A DNA stretch of 64,000 bases from an uncultured Chloroflexia bacterium (lineage in GTDB: Bacteria > Chloroflexota > Limnocylindria > Limnocylindrales > CSP1-4), in the NCBI GenBank assembly GCA_963734535.1, contig CAVTHS010000003.1:64001-128000 (forward strand), written 5' to 3'. Below, piece after piece: positions 55,783-64,000 of the stretch (the stretch's first letter is position 1; every line of letters starts with the position of its first letter). Made by a program: the position numbers and the translations under genes. The notes beneath the pieces were generated by a model. The model saw only the letters and a program-made list of their open reading frames with translations, ran no database searches and was not told the origin of the DNA.

Positions 55783-57105
55783 TCACGCCCCTGCGGCGAC
55801 CAGGCTCTCCCCCAGGATCCGGATCGCAGCCTCCACCTCGGCCTGGGTCGTCACGAGGGGCGGGATGATGCGGGTCACCTGGGCGTAGGGGCCCGCCGAC
55901 ATGATGACCAGGCGCCGCTCCAGCGCCTCGGCGATGACCCGTCGTGCCAGGTCCGGGTCCGGAGCCCGCCCGTCCCCGACGCCCGGCATGACGAGCTCCA
56001 GGGCGACCATGCAGCCGAGCCCGCGGACGTCGCCGATCGCCGGCCGCGTTGCGGCGAGCTCGCGGAGCCCCGCCAGCAGCTGTGCGCCGCGGTCGCGGGC
56101 GTTGGCCACCAGGCCCTCGTCCTCGATCACGTCGAGGGTCGCGTTTGCGGCGGCGCAGGCGACGACGTTGCCGCCGAACGTTCCGCCGTGGGCGCCCGGC
56201 CGCCAGCGCGCCATCAGGTCGGCCCGGGCGATGATTCCCGAGAGGGGCAGCCCGGACGCGACGCCCTTGGCGAAGACCAGGATGTCCGGCTCGACGTCCC
56301 AGTGGCGCACCGCGAACAGCTCACCCGTGCGGCCGAACCCCGTCTGGACCTCGTCGGCGATCAGCAGGATCCCATGCTGGCGGGTGACCTCGCGGAGGCG
56401 CGGCAGGAACCCCGGGGGTGGCACGACGTAGCCACCTTCGCCGAGGACGGGCTCGACGACGATCGCGGCCACGTGCTCCGGGTAGGTCAGGGTGTGGAGC
56501 GTCAGGTCGAGCTCCGCCTCCCAGTCGCAGGTGCAGGTGGCGTCCGGCGCGTGCCCGCCTCCCGGGGCGCGGTAGCAATACGGGTACGACGTCGCGTAGA
56601 CGGACCCGGGCAGCGGCTCGAAGTCGGCCCGGTAGACGTTCTTGGCGGTCGTCATGGCCATCGTCTGGGCCGTCCGGCCGTGATAGCCGCCGCGGAAGAC
56701 GAGGATGACCGGCCGCCCGGTGGCGGCGCGGGCCAGCTTGACGGAGGCCTCGACAGCCTCGGCGCCCGAGTTCGAGAGGAAGGCCTGCCAGGGTCCGCCT
56801 GGCAGCAGCGTGCGGAGCCGCTCGTAGAGCCGCAGGCCCGGCTCGTGGAAGACGATGTTCTGCTGGCCGTGGAGCAGCTTCGCGGCCTGCGCCTGGACGG
56901 CCGCGACGACGCGCGGGTGCGCGTGGCCGGTGTTCGTGACGCCGATCCCGGAGCTGTAGTCGAGGTACCGTTCGCCGTCGGTCGTCACCAGCCAGCTTCC
57001 CGCGCCGTGGTCGACGGTGAGGTTCGTGATGCGCGACCAGACCCCGGGCACGACCCCGCGATCGGGAAGCGCCGAGGTCGCCGGGGAAGCTGCGGTGTCG
57101 ACCAT
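55783..57105 (-). CDS. Class III aminotransferase (4-aminobutyrate aminotransferase-like)
   Basis: GIGVTNTGHAHP, NSGAEAVE, YHGRT, EPVLGEGG, DEVQTGFGRTG, FAKG and HGGTFGGN. Confidence 0.92.
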   Translation of the reverse strand: MVDTAASPATSALPDRGVVPGVWSRITNLTVDHGAGSWLVTTDGERYLDYSSGIGVTNTGHAHPRVVAAVQAQAAKLLHGQQNIVFHEPGLRLYERLRTLLPGGPWQAFLSNSGAEAVEASVKLARAATGRPVILVFRGGYHGRTAQTMAMTTAKNVYRADFEPLPGSVYATSYPYCYRAPGGGHAPDATCTCDWEAELDLTLHTLTYPEHVAAIVVEPVLGEGGYVVPPPGFLPRLREVTRQHGILLIADEVQTGFGRTGELFAVRHWDVEPDILVFAKGVASGLPLSGIIARADLMARWRPGAHGGTFGGNVVACAAANATLDVIEDEGLVANARDRGAQLLAGLRELAATRPAIGDVRGLGCMVALELVMPGVGDGRAPDPDLARRVIAEALERRLVIMSAGPYAQVTRIIPPLVTTQAEVEAAIRILGESLVAAGA

Positions 57106-57166
57106 GCTGGGGCTCCTTCGCTGGGCGCCGGTCAGGCCAGGGCGCCGATCAGGCGGCGAACGCGGC

Positions 57167-58012
57167 TCAGGCCGCGCGGTCTCGCCGCTGGAGCAGCGTG
57201 CTCAGCAGGACCGCGCCGACGGCCGTTCCGAAGATGATCGTGCCGATGACGTTCACCTGGACGGGCACGCCGATCCGCGTCGCGCCGTAGATGTACATCG
57301 GGAGCGTCACCGTCGAGCCGGCCGTGAAGTTGGTGATCACGAAATCGTCGATCGAGAGGCTGAAGGCGAGCATCGCCGCGGCCAGGATCCCCGGGAAGAT
57401 GAGCGGGAAGGTCACCTTCCAGAACGTCACCATCTCGGTGGCCCCCAGGTCCATGGCCGCCTCCTCGAGGCGCCGGTCGAAGCCCGCGAGGCGCGCCCGG
57501 ATCGTCACGACCACGTAGCTGATGTTGAACATGATGTGGGCGATCAGGATCGTCAGCTCGTTGCGGGCCATCCCGATGGACACGAAGAGCGTCAGCAGCG
57601 ACGCACCCAGGACGATCTCGGGGGTTGCCATCGGCAGGAAGATGATCAGGTTCGTCGCCGCCCGGCCGCGGAACACGTAGCGCGTGAGGCCGAGGCCGAT
57701 CAGCGTGCCGAGGATCGTGGCCACGATCGTGGAGATGAAAGCGATGCGCAGGCTCGCCATCACCGCGTCGCTGAGGCCCAGCGGCGCGAACGGGTTGAGC
57801 CAGGCATCGAAGCTGAACTCGCGCCAGGCGAAGTTCGACTTGCCGACCGGCCGGTTGAAGCTGAACAGGATCATCACCGCGATCGGCAGCATCAGGTAGA
57901 CGATCGCGGCGAACGTGTACACGAACAGCGCGTTGTGGCCGAGCCAGCGCCGGATGCGCTGGGCGGGCGTGCCGCGCGACCGGGCTGGTGGCTGGAGCGC
58001 GACGGTCGTCAT
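57167..58012 (-). CDS. Polyamine ABC transporter permease (PotC-like)
   Basis: LEEAAMDLGA EAA loop and FSLSIDDFVIT. Confidence 0.9.
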   Translation of the reverse strand: MTTVALQPPARSRGTPAQRIRRWLGHNALFVYTFAAIVYLMLPIAVMILFSFNRPVGKSNFAWREFSFDAWLNPFAPLGLSDAVMASLRIAFISTIVATILGTLIGLGLTRYVFRGRAATNLIIFLPMATPEIVLGASLLTLFVSIGMARNELTILIAHIMFNISYVVVTIRARLAGFDRRLEEAAMDLGATEMVTFWKVTFPLIFPGILAAAMLAFSLSIDDFVITNFTAGSTVTLPMYIYGATRIGVPVQVNVIGTIIFGTAVGAVLLSTLLQRRDRAA

Positions 58013-58015
58013 CGG

Positions 58016-58891
58016 TCAGCCTGCCGACGACATGAGTTCCTCGGTCCCGAGGAGTCGTGCGTACACCGCCACCGCGACGAGGATGCCCGCCATGAGGATG
58101 AAGCTGAGGGCGGCCGCCGTCGGGTAGTCGTTGTTGACGAGGAAGCGGCTCTGGACCACGTTGCCGATCATCTTCGTGGCCGGGGTCTGGCCGAGGAGCT
58201 CGGCGTTCACGTAGTCGCCCATCGCGGGGATGAAGGTCAGGAGCGTTCCCGCGAAGATCCCCGGGAGGGCCAGCGGCAGGGTGATCTTGCGGAACGCGCT
58301 CCACGGCGTGGCGTAGAGGTCCTGGCCGGCCTCGAGGAGGCGCTTGTCGATCTTCTCCAGGCTCACGTAGATGGGGAGCGTCATGAAGGGCAGGAAGTTG
58401 TAGGCGATCCCCGAGATCACCGCGACCGGCGTCGCCAGGATCCGGACGTCGTCGCTCACGAGTCCCGCGCTCTTGAGCGGGCCGAGCAGCAGCCCGTCGT
58501 CGCCGAGGATGGTTCGCCAGCTGATGACCCGCAGCAGGAAGCTGGTGAAGAACGGGGCGATCACCAGGAAGAGCAGGAGGTTCTTGTAGTGACCCGCCCG
58601 GAAGGCGATGGTGTAGGCGAGGGGGAAGCTGATGAGGAACGTGGCGACCGTCGCCGCGGCCGCGAAGAACACCGACCGTACGATCTGCTCCTGGTACCGG
58701 TTCAGGGCGTCCGTGTAGTTGTGGACGTTGGCCAGGCTGAACGTGAACCCGTGCTCCAGGGAGCCGCTCCAGAACGAGCTGATGAACATCTGGATCGACG
58801 GGTAGATGTAGAAGATCGCGAGCCAGATCAGCCCCGGCGTCAGGAGCAGGTACGGGACGATGAACTGGTAGCGACGGAGCAGCGCAGTCAA
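58016..58891 (-). CDS. Polyamine ABC transporter permease (PotB-like)
   Basis: YNFLPFMTLPIY, LLEAGQDLYA and FIPAMGDY. Confidence 0.9.
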   Translation of the reverse strand: MTALLRRYQFIVPYLLLTPGLIWLAIFYIYPSIQMFISSFWSGSLEHGFTFSLANVHNYTDALNRYQEQIVRSVFFAAAATVATFLISFPLAYTIAFRAGHYKNLLLFLVIAPFFTSFLLRVISWRTILGDDGLLLGPLKSAGLVSDDVRILATPVAVISGIAYNFLPFMTLPIYVSLEKIDKRLLEAGQDLYATPWSAFRKITLPLALPGIFAGTLLTFIPAMGDYVNAELLGQTPATKMIGNVVQSRFLVNNDYPTAAALSFILMAGILVAVAVYARLLGTEELMSSAG

Positions 58892-58973
58892 CGTCTCCCT
58901 CTCGGCACCGATGCGCTCACGTCAGACCGGGGAGCAGCCGTGGGACCAGCCGCGGCGCCCCCGATCGCCTCGA

Positions 58974-60245
58974 TCAGTTCCCCTGCAGGGTGGAGAACTG
59001 GTCGTTGAAGTACTTGTCCTCATCTGCCGACAGCGCCTTGAAGATGTGGGTCTTGGCCAGGGTGGCGGCATCCGGGAACATGAGCGGGTTCTGAGCCAGC
59101 GCCGCGACGGACTTGTCGACGTTCTTGGCGATCGCCTCCTTGGAGCCCTTCACCGGCGACACGTACTGGACGTAGGCGGCGATCTGCGCGGCGATCGTCG
59201 GGTCGTAGACGTAGTCGATCATCAGCTCGGCCGTGTACTTGTGGGCCGCACCCTTCGGGATGAGCATGTTGTCCGTCCAGATCATCCCGCCTTCGGAGGG
59301 GATGACGAACTTCAGGCTGGCCTTCTCGAGCTGCGCCTGGATGATGTCGCCGGACCAGGCGGTGCCCAGGACGAGATCGCCCTTGATGAGGCCCTCCTTG
59401 TAGTCGTTGCCCAGGAAGCTCCGGACGATCCCGCCGTCCAGCGCGCTCTTGATCTCGGCGATCGCGGCGTCGCAGTCCGCATTGGTCGCGGTCGCCGGAT
59501 CCTTCCCGAGCTTGAGGAGGGTCAGGCCGATCGTGTCGCGCATCTCGTTGAGGAGCCAGACCTTCCCCTTCCAGCGGGGATCGGCGGTCCACAGCGCGGA
59601 CATCGATGTCTGGCTGCCGACGACCTTCGAGTCGAACCCGAGGCCGGTCATGCCGGACTGCCAGGGGGCCCGCTTGTTGTTGTCCGGGTCCCATGGCTGG
59701 TTGCGCAGGTTGTCCGACTCGTTCGACGCGAAGTTCGGCGTGTTCGCCGTGTCGATCGTCTCGGCCCAGCCCAGGCCGATGACCTTGGCGGCCATCCAGT
59801 CCGTGAGCACCACGAGGTCCCAGCCGGTGTCCTGGCCGGCCTCGAGGGCCGGCCGAATCGTGCCGAAGAAGTCCTCGTTGGCGTTGATCGTCTCGCGGTA
59901 GTTGACCTTCGTGCCGTACTTCTTGGTGAACCCGTCGAGCGTGGGGGACTTCGGCGGGTTGGATGAGTCCTGGTCGATGTAGAGCGGCCAGTTCGCGAAG
60001 TTGAGCTCCGCGGCCGGACTGGGCTTCGGGGTGGCGGACGCGGCCGGGCTCGGGCTGGCCGCCTGCGACGGCCCGCTCGACGGCGCCCCGGAGGGTGCCA
60101 CCGACGGCGCGACGGACGGTGCCACCGACTGCGCCGCCGTGCCGCAGGCGGCCAGGAACGCCGCCACGCCGGCAAGCGCGGTGCCCTGGAGCATGCGCCG
60201 GCGCGTCAGCGCGCGGTCGAAGAGGTTGGGTTCTTGCTCGGACAT
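58974..60245 (-). CDS. Polyamine ABC substrate-binding lipoprotein (PotD/PotF-like), Tat signal
   Basis: TRRRML..FLAAC lipobox, SVAP-repeat linker, NWPLYID, AWSGD and PSEGGMIWTDN. Confidence 0.9.
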   Translation of the reverse strand: MSEQEPNLFDRALTRRRMLQGTALAGVAAFLAACGTAAQSVAPSVAPSVAPSGAPSSGPSQAASPSPAASATPKPSPAAELNFANWPLYIDQDSSNPPKSPTLDGFTKKYGTKVNYRETINANEDFFGTIRPALEAGQDTGWDLVVLTDWMAAKVIGLGWAETIDTANTPNFASNESDNLRNQPWDPDNNKRAPWQSGMTGLGFDSKVVGSQTSMSALWTADPRWKGKVWLLNEMRDTIGLTLLKLGKDPATATNADCDAAIAEIKSALDGGIVRSFLGNDYKEGLIKGDLVLGTAWSGDIIQAQLEKASLKFVIPSEGGMIWTDNMLIPKGAAHKYTAELMIDYVYDPTIAAQIAAYVQYVSPVKGSKEAIAKNVDKSVAALAQNPLMFPDAATLAKTHIFKALSADEDKYFNDQFSTLQGN

Positions 60246-60289
60246 GCTGCTCCTCCTGCGGGCGGCGACTGCCGCCCTCGAACCGGCCG

Positions 60290-61429
60290 CTATTCCCCTG
60301 GCGATGCGTTCTCGGCGGGTGCACCCACCGCGAACGTGTGATCCGGCGACCAGGCGAGGTGGACCGCCTCGCCGGGCCGATGCAGCGATCCGTGGATCGT
60401 TCGCTCGACGTTCTGCTCGTAGACGGAGATGCGGCTGCCGTTCCGGGTCTCGATGACGTACTGGGTGCTCACGCCCAGGTAGGACGCATCGAGGACGGTC
60501 CCGCTCAACACGTTCAGGCCGCTCGGCGGCTCGGCGTCCGCCCCGAAGAGGCGGATCTTCTCGGGCCGGACGCCGACCTCGACATCGGCGGACCCGTTGA
60601 TGGCCGCTTCCGGGACCTGGACCACGGCCTCGTCGGCAAGGCGCACGCTCGCATACGGCGCGCCCTTCTCGAGCACCGTCCCGGACAGCAGGTTCGAGAC
60701 TCCCAGGAAGCCAGCGACGAACCGGGTCTGGGGCCGCTCGTAGAGCGTCTCCGGGTCCGCCAGCTGCTCGTAGTGGCCCCGGTTCATGACCGCGATGCGA
60801 TCCGACATCGTCATCGCCTCTTCCTGGTCGTGGGTCACGTAGATGAAGGTGATCCCGACCTCCTGCTGGATGCGCTTGAGCTCCAGCTGCATCTGCTTCC
60901 GCAGCTTGAGGTCGAGCGCGCCGAGCGGTTCGTCGAGCAGGAGGACCGCGGGCCGGTTGATGAGGGCCCGGGCAAGCGCGACTCGCTGGGCCTGGCCGCC
61001 CGAGATCTGGGTGGGCTTGCGCTTCTCGAACCCGGGCAGCTCGACCAGGGCCAGCATCTCGGTGACGCGACTGCGCACCTCGGCGTCCTTGAGGCCGCCC
61101 TTTCGACGCAGGCCGAAGGCCACGTTCTCGAAGATCGTGAGGTGCGGGAAGAGGGCGTAGTTCTGGAAGACGGTATTGACGTTTCGCCGGTACGGGGGGA
61201 GCCACGTGACGTCCTGGCCCTGCAGCTCGATGAGCCCGGATGTCGGCTCCTCGAAGCCGCCGATCATGCGCAGGGTGGTCGTCTTGCCGCAGCCGGACGG
61301 ACCAAGCAGGGAGAAGAACTCGCCGTCCCGGACCTCCAGGTTGATCCCGTCCACGGCTGCCACGTCACCGAACTTCTTGACGACGTCGACGAGCCGAACT
61401 GCAACCGCGGTCGCCACTGGCGGTGTCAC
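60290..61429 (-). CDS. Polyamine ABC transporter ATPase (PotA-like)
   Basis: GPSGCGKTT, VFQNYALFPH, ISGGQAQR, DEPLGALD, HDQEEA and a C-terminal TOBE-like region. Confidence 0.93.
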   Translation of the reverse strand: MTPPVATAVAVRLVDVVKKFGDVAAVDGINLEVRDGEFFSLLGPSGCGKTTTLRMIGGFEEPTSGLIELQGQDVTWLPPYRRNVNTVFQNYALFPHLTIFENVAFGLRRKGGLKDAEVRSRVTEMLALVELPGFEKRKPTQISGGQAQRVALARALINRPAVLLLDEPLGALDLKLRKQMQLELKRIQQEVGITFIYVTHDQEEAMTMSDRIAVMNRGHYEQLADPETLYERPQTRFVAGFLGVSNLLSGTVLEKGAPYASVRLADEAVVQVPEAAINGSADVEVGVRPEKIRLFGADAEPPSGLNVLSGTVLDASYLGVSTQYVIETRNGSRISVYEQNVERTIHGSLHRPGEAVHLAWSPDHTFAVGAPAENASPGE

Positions 61430-61802
61430 TCCTCGCGCCGAAGGGACTGGCCCGGGATGGACCCGCCCGGGATCGCAGCCACGCCACCGGGGGTGCGCGT
61501 GGTCGCGAATGGTACCCCGCTGCTACGATCGGCGCGGATCGTTTTGCCCAGCGAAACGCGTGTCAGCGTCCCGGTGCAAGGCACGCCTTTCGTCGCGGAA
61601 TGGCTACGTTCCTACGAAATCCGTCGGCCCGGGGCGTGATGGTGGCCGGAGCCGGCGTCCGGTGGCGGATCGGCGATCGGCCGTCCGCCGAGGCGCCGGG
61701 GGCAGGCTCCGGGGGCACGGGGTACGATGGATTTGCCCGGCGCACTGCTCCGCGGCCTGGAACTCGCGCCGTCCGGCGCCCCTCGAAGGACTGAATCGCG
61801 AG

Positions 61803-62876
61803 ATGACCACGCTCACCGAAGGGGCGATCCTCGACGCCCTGCGCACCGTCCAGGAGCCCGAGCTCGGCCGCGACCTGGTGACCCTCAACATGGTGAAGGC
61901 CATCGCGATCGAGGGGGCCGATGTCGCCTTCACGATCGAGCTGACCACGCCCGCCTGCCCGCTCAAGGACGAGATCGAGCGGAACGCTCGCACCGCGCTC
62001 GCGGCGATCGGCGTCGGCCAGGCCACCATCTCCTGGGGCGCGATGGTCCGCCGCGCGGCACCCGCCGCGGGCCCGCAGCTCCTTGAGGGCGTCAAGAACA
62101 TCGTCGCCGTCGCGTCGGGCAAGGGCGGCGTCGGCAAGAGCACGGTCAGCGCCAACCTCGCGGTCGCGCTGGCCCAGGCCGGCGCATCGGTCGGCCTGCT
62201 CGATGCAGACATCACCGGACCGAACATCCCGCTGATGATGGGCCTCGAGGGCGTTCCCAAGGCATCCGCGGACAACAAGATCGTCCCGCTCGAGCGCTAC
62301 GGCGTGAAGGTCATCTCGATCGCGTTCTTCGTGCCCGACGGTCAGCCGATCGTGTGGCGCGGACCGCTGGTCGGCGGCGCGATCCAGCAATTCCTGCGCG
62401 ACGTTGCCTGGGGCGACCTGGACTACCTCGTGGTCGACCTTCCGCCCGGCACCTCGGACGCGCAGCTGACCCTGGCCCAGGCCGTGCCGATCTCCGGCGC
62501 GGTCCTGGTGACGACCCCCCAGCAGGTGGCCATCGTCGATGTCCAGAAGGCGCTCGCGATGTTCGCCCGGATGAGCGTCCCGGTGATCGGCCTCGTGGAG
62601 AACATGAGCGCGTTCGTCTGCCCGCACTGCGGCGAGGCGACGGAGATCTTCGGGCGCGGTGGCGGCGAGCGGTTTGCGCGCGAGAACGACATCGAGTTCC
62701 TCGGCGGCGTGCCGCTCGACATCACCGTCCGCCAGGGCGGCGACGCCGGCATTCCCGTCGTCGCCCAGCGGGAGCCGGGTCCGGCGGCGGTGGCCCTGAC
62801 CGCGCTCGCGAAGACCGTGGCAGCCCGGGTGAGCGTGCGAGCCGCCCGGCAGCAGCCGGTGCTGACCATCAGCTGA
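61803..62876 (+). CDS. mrp: Mrp/ApbC (NBP35) Fe-S cluster carrier ATPase
   Basis: LTTPACPLK, SGKGGVGKST, WRGP, DLPPGTSD and ENMS.FVCPHC. Confidence 0.95.
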   Translation: MTTLTEGAILDALRTVQEPELGRDLVTLNMVKAIAIEGADVAFTIELTTPACPLKDEIERNARTALAAIGVGQATISWGAMVRRAAPAAGPQLLEGVKNIVAVASGKGGVGKSTVSANLAVALAQAGASVGLLDADITGPNIPLMMGLEGVPKASADNKIVPLERYGVKVISIAFFVPDGQPIVWRGPLVGGAIQQFLRDVAWGDLDYLVVDLPPGTSDAQLTLAQAVPISGAVLVTTPQQVAIVDVQKALAMFARMSVPVIGLVENMSAFVCPHCGEATEIFGRGGGERFARENDIEFLGGVPLDITVRQGGDAGIPVVAQREPGPAAVALTALAKTVAARVSVRAARQQPVLTIS

Positions 62877-62911
62877 CGACGCGGCGACGCCCAGGGCGCC
62901 GGGCGGGCCGG

Positions 62912-63391
62912 TCAGCCGGCCGTGATCGCGCCCTCCCGGCCCTGGCGGAGCATCTGATCACGCGCGGCATCCAGGTGGACGGCCGCGACGCCGAACAGGC
63001 GCCGCAGGACGGTCCGGCCCGCCGGGGAGCCGCTGCCGACGAGGGCAAGAAGGGCGTTCGCGGGGATCGCGACCAGCCTGGCCGGCCCGGCGGTCCGGGC
63101 CGTGGTGAGCGACACGGGCTCGTCGCGGAGGCAGGACCAGTTGAGGACCTCGCCGGGTCCGAGGGTCCCGACGATGACGCGCCGGTCGTCCCGCTGCACG
63201 CCCAGCGTGACCTGGCCTCGTTCGATCAGGAACATCGTCGTGGCCGGCCCGCCCTCGATGTAGAGGACCTCGGCGTCGGCCGGCTCGCGCCAGGCGGCGG
63301 CCGACGCAAGCGTCTCGCGCTCCTCCGCGGGAAGGCCGCGAAACAGGGCGAAGCCGCCAAGGTCTGCTGCCGTGACCGCGTGCGAGCTCAT
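62912..63391 (-). CDS. Stand-alone cyclic nucleotide-binding domain protein
   Basis: LFRGL, LYIEGGPA..MFLIERGQV, LGPGEVLNWS; GGAGG ribosome-binding site; no HTH. Confidence 0.8.
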   Translation of the reverse strand: MSSHAVTAADLGGFALFRGLPAEERETLASAAAWREPADAEVLYIEGGPATTMFLIERGQVTLGVQRDDRRVIVGTLGPGEVLNWSCLRDEPVSLTTARTAGPARLVAIPANALLALVGSGSPAGRTVLRRLFGVAAVHLDAARDQMLRQGREGAITAG

Positions 63392-63598
63392 GAGTGTCCT
63401 CCAGGGGACGGTCCCGGCAGCGTACCCCAAGACTGACGGTCAGGCCGGCCGCATCGACGGATGGTCGAGCCAGGCGGGAAGCGCACCATGGGCGCTGTCG
63501 GGTCGCGCTCGGTCGGCTGCACGCAGCGGGGCGCCCGACGAGCGCGTGATGGTCCGCGGTATCATCACCCGCACGATCCACGCGGCGGGAGGTGGGAC

Positions 63599-64000
63599 CT
63601 GAGCCAGAACACGCCGGACGGCGAGTCCACGCCGCCGACCGACACGCCCGACCCCGGCGCCCCGGGTGCGTCCGCCGCGCCGCCGGGACCGGCTGCGCCG
63701 AGCCAGCCGACGGATCCGCCGGGCACCCCGCCGGATCCGCCGAACCCGGCGGATCCGCCTGCGGGGCTCCAGGAGCAGGTCCGCAGGACCATCGCCGCCG
63801 CACGCCGGCTTGTCACCTCGCACGTCGACCTCGCCAAGGCAGAGCTCTCGGAGATCGCCGAGCGAGCGAAGGTGGCGGCCGCCCTCATCGGGGTCGCGAT
63901 CGCCCTCCTGATCTTCGTGGCGATCCTGGCGCCCATCGGGACCGCGCTGTTCCTCGGGGAGTGGCTTTTCGGAAGCATCGGCTGGGGCGTGCTCCACGGC
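63599..64000 (+). CDS. Holin-like (YqjE/holin superfamily III-like) membrane protein, 3'-truncated; probable CTG start
   Basis: Open frame reading ..ARRLVTSHVDLAKAELSE..AAALIGVAIALLIFVAIL..; GGAGGT 5 nt before CTG. Absent from the ORF track because the stop is outside the window. Confidence 0.65.
   Translation, partial: MSQNTPDGESTPPTDTPDPGAPGASAAPPGPAAPSQPTDPPGTPPDPPNPADPPAGLQEQVRRTIAAARRLVTSHVDLAKAELSEIAERAKVAAALIGVAIALLIFVAILAPIGTALFLGEWLFGSIGWGVLHG

Noticed and set aside
63599-64000. Holin-like gene as evidence of a prophage
   Set aside because: This family is commonly chromosomal and no phage genes are adjacent within the window.

Overview
A very GC-rich (by eye above 70%) bacterial chromosomal window with no transposase, integrase, phage structural gene, rRNA or CRISPR array. 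Gene style suggests a soil-type Chloroflexota or a similar high-GC lineage (inference only). In order it holds: an acyl-CoA dehydrogenase, thiolase and aldehyde dehydrogenase; tRNA-Lys(CTT); a phosphoribosyltransferase; carAB behind a PyrR-type leader; an ArsR regulator with a palindromic operator; an M16 peptidase pair; an ECF sigma/anti-sigma module; alkylation and abasic-site repair genes (SRAP, Ada-AlkA, Ogt); a response regulator-kinase-glycosyltransferase-ECF string; a CAAX protease, a ~990-aa orphan Gly/Ala-rich protein and a Ser/Thr kinase; an aerobic form I Mo-Cu CO dehydrogenase cluster (coxMSL with the AYRCSFR motif, plus accessory genes); an attenuator-led ABC-2 exporter/GNAT/RsgA operon; class II aldolase, hisN, a class III aminotransferase, a PotABCD-like importer, Mrp/ApbC, and a partial holin-like gene. 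Most interesting signals: (1) a promoter-uORF-terminator attenuator ahead of exporter+GNAT+RsgA; (2) a possible orphan eCIS-type effector beside a CAAX protein; (3) tandem PyrR loops controlling a uORF that is translationally coupled to carA; (4) a CoxF/XdhC-YHS fusion and other extra genes in the CO dehydrogenase cluster; (5) a CysRS C-terminal-like domain fused to a GT2 fold; (6) two probable CTG start codons and many apparently leaderless genes. All calls come from reading motifs; no database searches were run.
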